18,243 bases of DNA, from the NCBI GenBank assembly GCA_048939245.1, contig JBHLPR010000043.1, forward strand, positions 1 to 18,243, given 5' to 3'. This DNA is from Promethearchaeota archaeon (GTDB lineage: Archaea > Asgardarchaeota > Hermodarchaeia > Hermodarchaeales > Hermodarchaeaceae). Shown here one piece after another: positions 15,481-18,243 of this stretch. A program made the position numbers and the translations under genes. The notes under the pieces were generated by a model. The model made no database searches, had not been told where the DNA came from, and saw only the letters and a program-made list of their open reading frames with translations. Within the stretch, counting starts at the first letter, position 1. Every line of letters starts with the position of its first letter.

Positions 15481-16836
15481 TTAATTACTTGGTAATGCTA
15501 AGCGTGTCCAGTCGACGAAATCTTCGCGTTTTCGATCAATTCGTGTACTCAACCAAGATATGAGGTCATGAACCGTCTTAATAGCCGCTGGATGCATCAT
15601 CATGAATACATCCACACCGGCTAACAAGAACATTAAGGCGGTTGTGCTTTCCCAGATGGGTCCGCGTAATTCACGTGGTCCCAGTTCCGGTTTCTTCATC
15701 CATGCTTCTCGGGCAGCCCAGGCATTGGTTGTTCCACTACTGAGCGGGAACTGCAGCTCAGAATCACCCAGTAATCCTGCCAGCCGCATGCGTTCCATAA
15801 TGGTGAAGCTGTATTCCGCGCCGTAACCAAGTGCAGCGGTCGTAGGATCGATGATAATTTGGTCAGTGGTGATGTAGTCGAGGAGGCGTCGATTGAGTTC
15901 TTTTTGTTGGTTAATGTCGATACTAGTCCATGAGAGCACAAGTTGGTCATGTGCTTTGGCTGCTTCGGCAACTGGTTCCCACATATCAACGGTTGCGGAG
16001 GCAAGAAGGACGCGTTCACCTTCTGCAACCTCTGCAGCTGCTGAAAGTATTTCCGCATCTTTGGCAGGGTCACCTGACCCACCAACAATGATAGGGACCT
16101 TCACGTTCTGCAGAACGTTTTCAAAGCCTTTCATCGCTTCTTTGGTACTGGTGTCTTTGAGGAGGGGATCAGTGCTGATCATGTGGTAGGTGATGAAGTC
16201 TGCATCGAATTTGTCGATTACTAGTCGTGCCCAGTCGACGGGATCATCCATTACATCATCGTAGTGCATTCGAACTACCTTTGCGAGTTTAATGCGCATA
16301 TCAAAGACATCTGCCGCAATTACTGGTGGATATTTGGCTTGGGCTTGGAATAGATTCCATGCCGGTGCAGTATGGCCTCCAACGGTTATCGTTTTACTTC
16401 GTGAACCGCCCTGAGCCTTTGTAGCCCCCAAAGTTATTTCTCGAATCTGCCCCGTATATTCAGTCAACGGTGCTTTAAACCGGGCCTTCAGAAGCTTTGT
16501 TGGTCGAGCTGGTGTGGGAATACCTGGTATAGGCACTGCAGATTGAACTTGCGGATTTTGCATTTGTACCCCTAAAGCAGAAAGTATTTGCTGGGCAAAC
16601 TGCTGGACTGCAAAAGCGTTTTGAGCAAGAAATTGTCGGGCTTGACCAGACATCCCTGCTCCACCTCCAGGAGGAACGATGACTTCGAGTTCGTCAACGT
16701 CAATAGTCATGTCTTCTAATTCAAGTTCAGCAAATTTTCCAAAAATAGCTTCCAGTGGTCCAAGGATACCCAACTCAGGATCATCTGCTGTTAAGGTTAT
16801 CTCGTTTTTCTCTTTCTTCTTCTCAGGCGACATCAT
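15481..16836 (-). CDS. cdhD: Acetyl-CoA decarbonylase/synthase complex delta subunit (corrinoid Fe-S protein small subunit)
   Basis: EITLGAT...GGSR...VGG, DVFDM, ISTDP, VPIIVGGSGDPAKD, IIIDPTTAALGYGAEY, ERMRLAGL.GD, TNAWAAREAW, RGPIWE, MMMHP. About 115 aa of N-terminal extension. Confidence 0.95.
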   Translation of the reverse strand: MMSPEKKKEKNEITLTADDPELGILGPLEAIFGKFAELELEDMTIDVDELEVIVPPGGGAGMSGQARQFLAQNAFAVQQFAQQILSALGVQMQNPQVQSAVPIPGIPTPARPTKLLKARFKAPLTEYTGQIREITLGATKAQGGSRSKTITVGGHTAPAWNLFQAQAKYPPVIAADVFDMRIKLAKVVRMHYDDVMDDPVDWARLVIDKFDADFITYHMISTDPLLKDTSTKEAMKGFENVLQNVKVPIIVGGSGDPAKDAEILSAAAEVAEGERVLLASATVDMWEPVAEAAKAHDQLVLSWTSIDINQQKELNRRLLDYITTDQIIIDPTTAALGYGAEYSFTIMERMRLAGLLGDSELQFPLSSGTTNAWAAREAWMKKPELGPRELRGPIWESTTALMFLLAGVDVFMMMHPAAIKTVHDLISWLSTRIDRKREDFVDWTRLALPSN

Positions 16837-16848
16837 TCATCGCCTCGT

Positions 16849-18243
16849 CTATTTCTTGCCCTTCTGATCCAGGCGTTTAATGATGACTTTCTCTGCGTAA
16901 ATCTTCGCGTTCTTAAAGATGATTTGGAATCCAGGACCACCGCCAGTTGCGGGGACCGTCGTCATCATTTGACCAGGCATCATGAAGGGTTGAGTCTGTT
17001 GACCTGCAGGCATAATTTCTTCTTTACGTTCTTCTTCTTCCAATCGCGCAGCACCACCTACATCCACCCAGCGTTCAACCACTGGGTGATTGTGGTCCTT
17101 AAGATAAGTTTTCAATTCCTCAACGCTTGATACGTCATTCTCGGTCGGAATAATATCCCGAACATTCTCGGGTATGAACTCATAGACCCGGTCCTTGATA
17201 GCTTTTGGCAACCAGACAATCCGATTCCAGCCATCATCAACCTGGAGGAATTTTGGAGAACGCATGTATTCGATGGAGATGCCATGAAAACCAGGAATCT
17301 GTCGTCCACCAGCTGTGGAATCTGCCATTGTAGAGAATGGAAGTCCATTCACAGCGGCTCCTTTATAGTCACGGTGGACAATTCCAAGGCCATCGACTTC
17401 TGGGATAACAAAGGCAATCGCTTCGAAACAACCACAACTGGTATGGGGTTTCTCAAACGCACTATACAAACAGACATCAGTTACTGCACCGAGCGTCTTT
17501 TCTTTGTATGCTTGATTTACTCCCGTGTATTCTCCCTTGAATTCGTCAATGGTGTCACCTTTTTCGATGGAAAATAATGGTCCCTTCGGGTCCACTCGTG
17601 CTGCGGCGCGTCCATCAAACCAGCTAATCGCTCCACAATTTGCATAACGTTGTGCAGTAATTGTACAACAGTGGGTTGGTGCGAAGCTCTGACAGAGAGT
17701 GCAGCCATAAAAGACATCAACTTCTTCATCTTTGAGGCCACGGGCACGAGCATCACGTTCATCATAGCGAACGATGGCTTTGTCATAGTGTTCCGCGATT
17801 TTGTCAGGGTCAGTTATGAAGGTGACCTGAATTTTTTCGATGATGGGTAGTTCGCTTTTATAGAGGCGTTCATAAACCTGACCAACGAGTTTGAAGGTAT
17901 TGAGCCCCTTTTGGAAAGATTTCTTGCTGATTCGAATCCAGATATCGTAGCGCTGGTTGAGGTGCATAACACCTTCGATGAAGTTAGTATATTCGTGGAC
18001 GTGCCGTTCAAGGACACCTTCTAGATCTTCTTCAACTTCTTTTCCAGCAACTTCAATGAGGATGCCAAGGGGATGGTATTCACCTTCTTTGAGGTCTTTA
18101 AGGTCAGGACCAATGATCTCAACTTTGCCGTCTTCGATTTCGTTCATCTTTTTGGTGACAACCAATTCGAATTTCTTTTCGATTTTAGGTCCACCAAGTT
18201 CAACTTGCATGTCACCTTTTCGAATGCGTTCGCCTTCGTAGAC
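16849..18243 (-). CDS. cdhC: Acetyl-CoA decarbonylase/synthase complex beta subunit (acetyl-CoA synthase), 5' end outside the window
   Basis: The frame is open to the window edge (VYEGERIRKGDMQVELGGP). Motifs HLNQR, FYGCTLCQSFAPTH, CGAISW, PHTSCGCFE (A-cluster ligands), plus the archaeal C-terminal tail IIFKNAKIYAEKVII. Confidence 0.96.
   Translation of the reverse strand, partial: VYEGERIRKGDMQVELGGPKIEKKFELVVTKKMNEIEDGKVEIIGPDLKDLKEGEYHPLGILIEVAGKEVEEDLEGVLERHVHEYTNFIEGVMHLNQRYDIWIRISKKSFQKGLNTFKLVGQVYERLYKSELPIIEKIQVTFITDPDKIAEHYDKAIVRYDERDARARGLKDEEVDVFYGCTLCQSFAPTHCCTITAQRYANCGAISWFDGRAAARVDPKGPLFSIEKGDTIDEFKGEYTGVNQAYKEKTLGAVTDVCLYSAFEKPHTSCGCFEAIAFVIPEVDGLGIVHRDYKGAAVNGLPFSTMADSTAGGRQIPGFHGISIEYMRSPKFLQVDDGWNRIVWLPKAIKDRVYEFIPENVRDIIPTENDVSSVEELKTYLKDHNHPVVERWVDVGGAARLEEEERKEEIMPAGQQTQPFMMPGQMMTTVPATGGGPGFQIIFKNAKIYAEKVIIKRLDQKGKK

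Noticed and set aside
500-16851. Genome-wide TAG recoding to pyrrolysine
   Set aside because: TAG is the most common terminal stop in my count (10 TAG, 7 TAA, 4 TGA) and occurs at family-typical C-termini.
410-18241. Numerous short antisense or alternative-frame ORFs (e.g. 792-1106, 1404-1811, 6669-7010, 11578-11766, 11888-12157, 15696-16088)
   Set aside because: They are shadows of well-supported genes, with no independent motifs.
1-18243. CRISPR array, rRNA, tRNA, transposase or integrase
   Set aside because: No regularly spaced repeats, conserved RNA signatures or recombinase motifs were seen.

Overview
Gene-dense window from what appears to be an anaerobic archaeon: it has archaeal-type ACDS/Wood-Ljungdahl genes cdhC and cdhD, BRE/TATA-like promoters and short or absent leaders. 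The lineage cannot be fixed from sequence alone. Left to right: a SufR/ArsR-like wHTH regulator cut by the window edge (absent from the ORF track), a MacB/LolCDE-type ABC pair divergent from a PadR regulator, a small membrane gene with a premature TAA, a flavin reductase-like protein, an MBL-fold hydrolase, an ABC-2 (DUF990-type) trio, an alpha/beta hydrolase, a divergent Fpg/Nei glycosylase, a PaaI thioesterase, a nucleoside phosphorylase, two tiny Cys-rich proteins, a DsrE-family gene interrupted by an in-frame TAG, an uncharacterised protein, a membrane-anchored DUF4185 protein, a thioredoxin reductase-like protein, and the end of the cdh operon (cdhC-cdhD). I saw no rRNA, tRNA, CRISPR array or transposase. 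The strongest unexplained signal is a ~160-nt intergenic element (5027-5186) with its own promoter-like box that pairs into a four-way junction plus a crossing helix. Next are a GC-rich pseudoknot/switch-like element (9033-9150), a 10-Cys desulforedoxin-like miniprotein, and same-pattern, opposite-charge beta motifs on the CdhC tail and CdhD head. All RNA pairings were found by eye and have not been computed.
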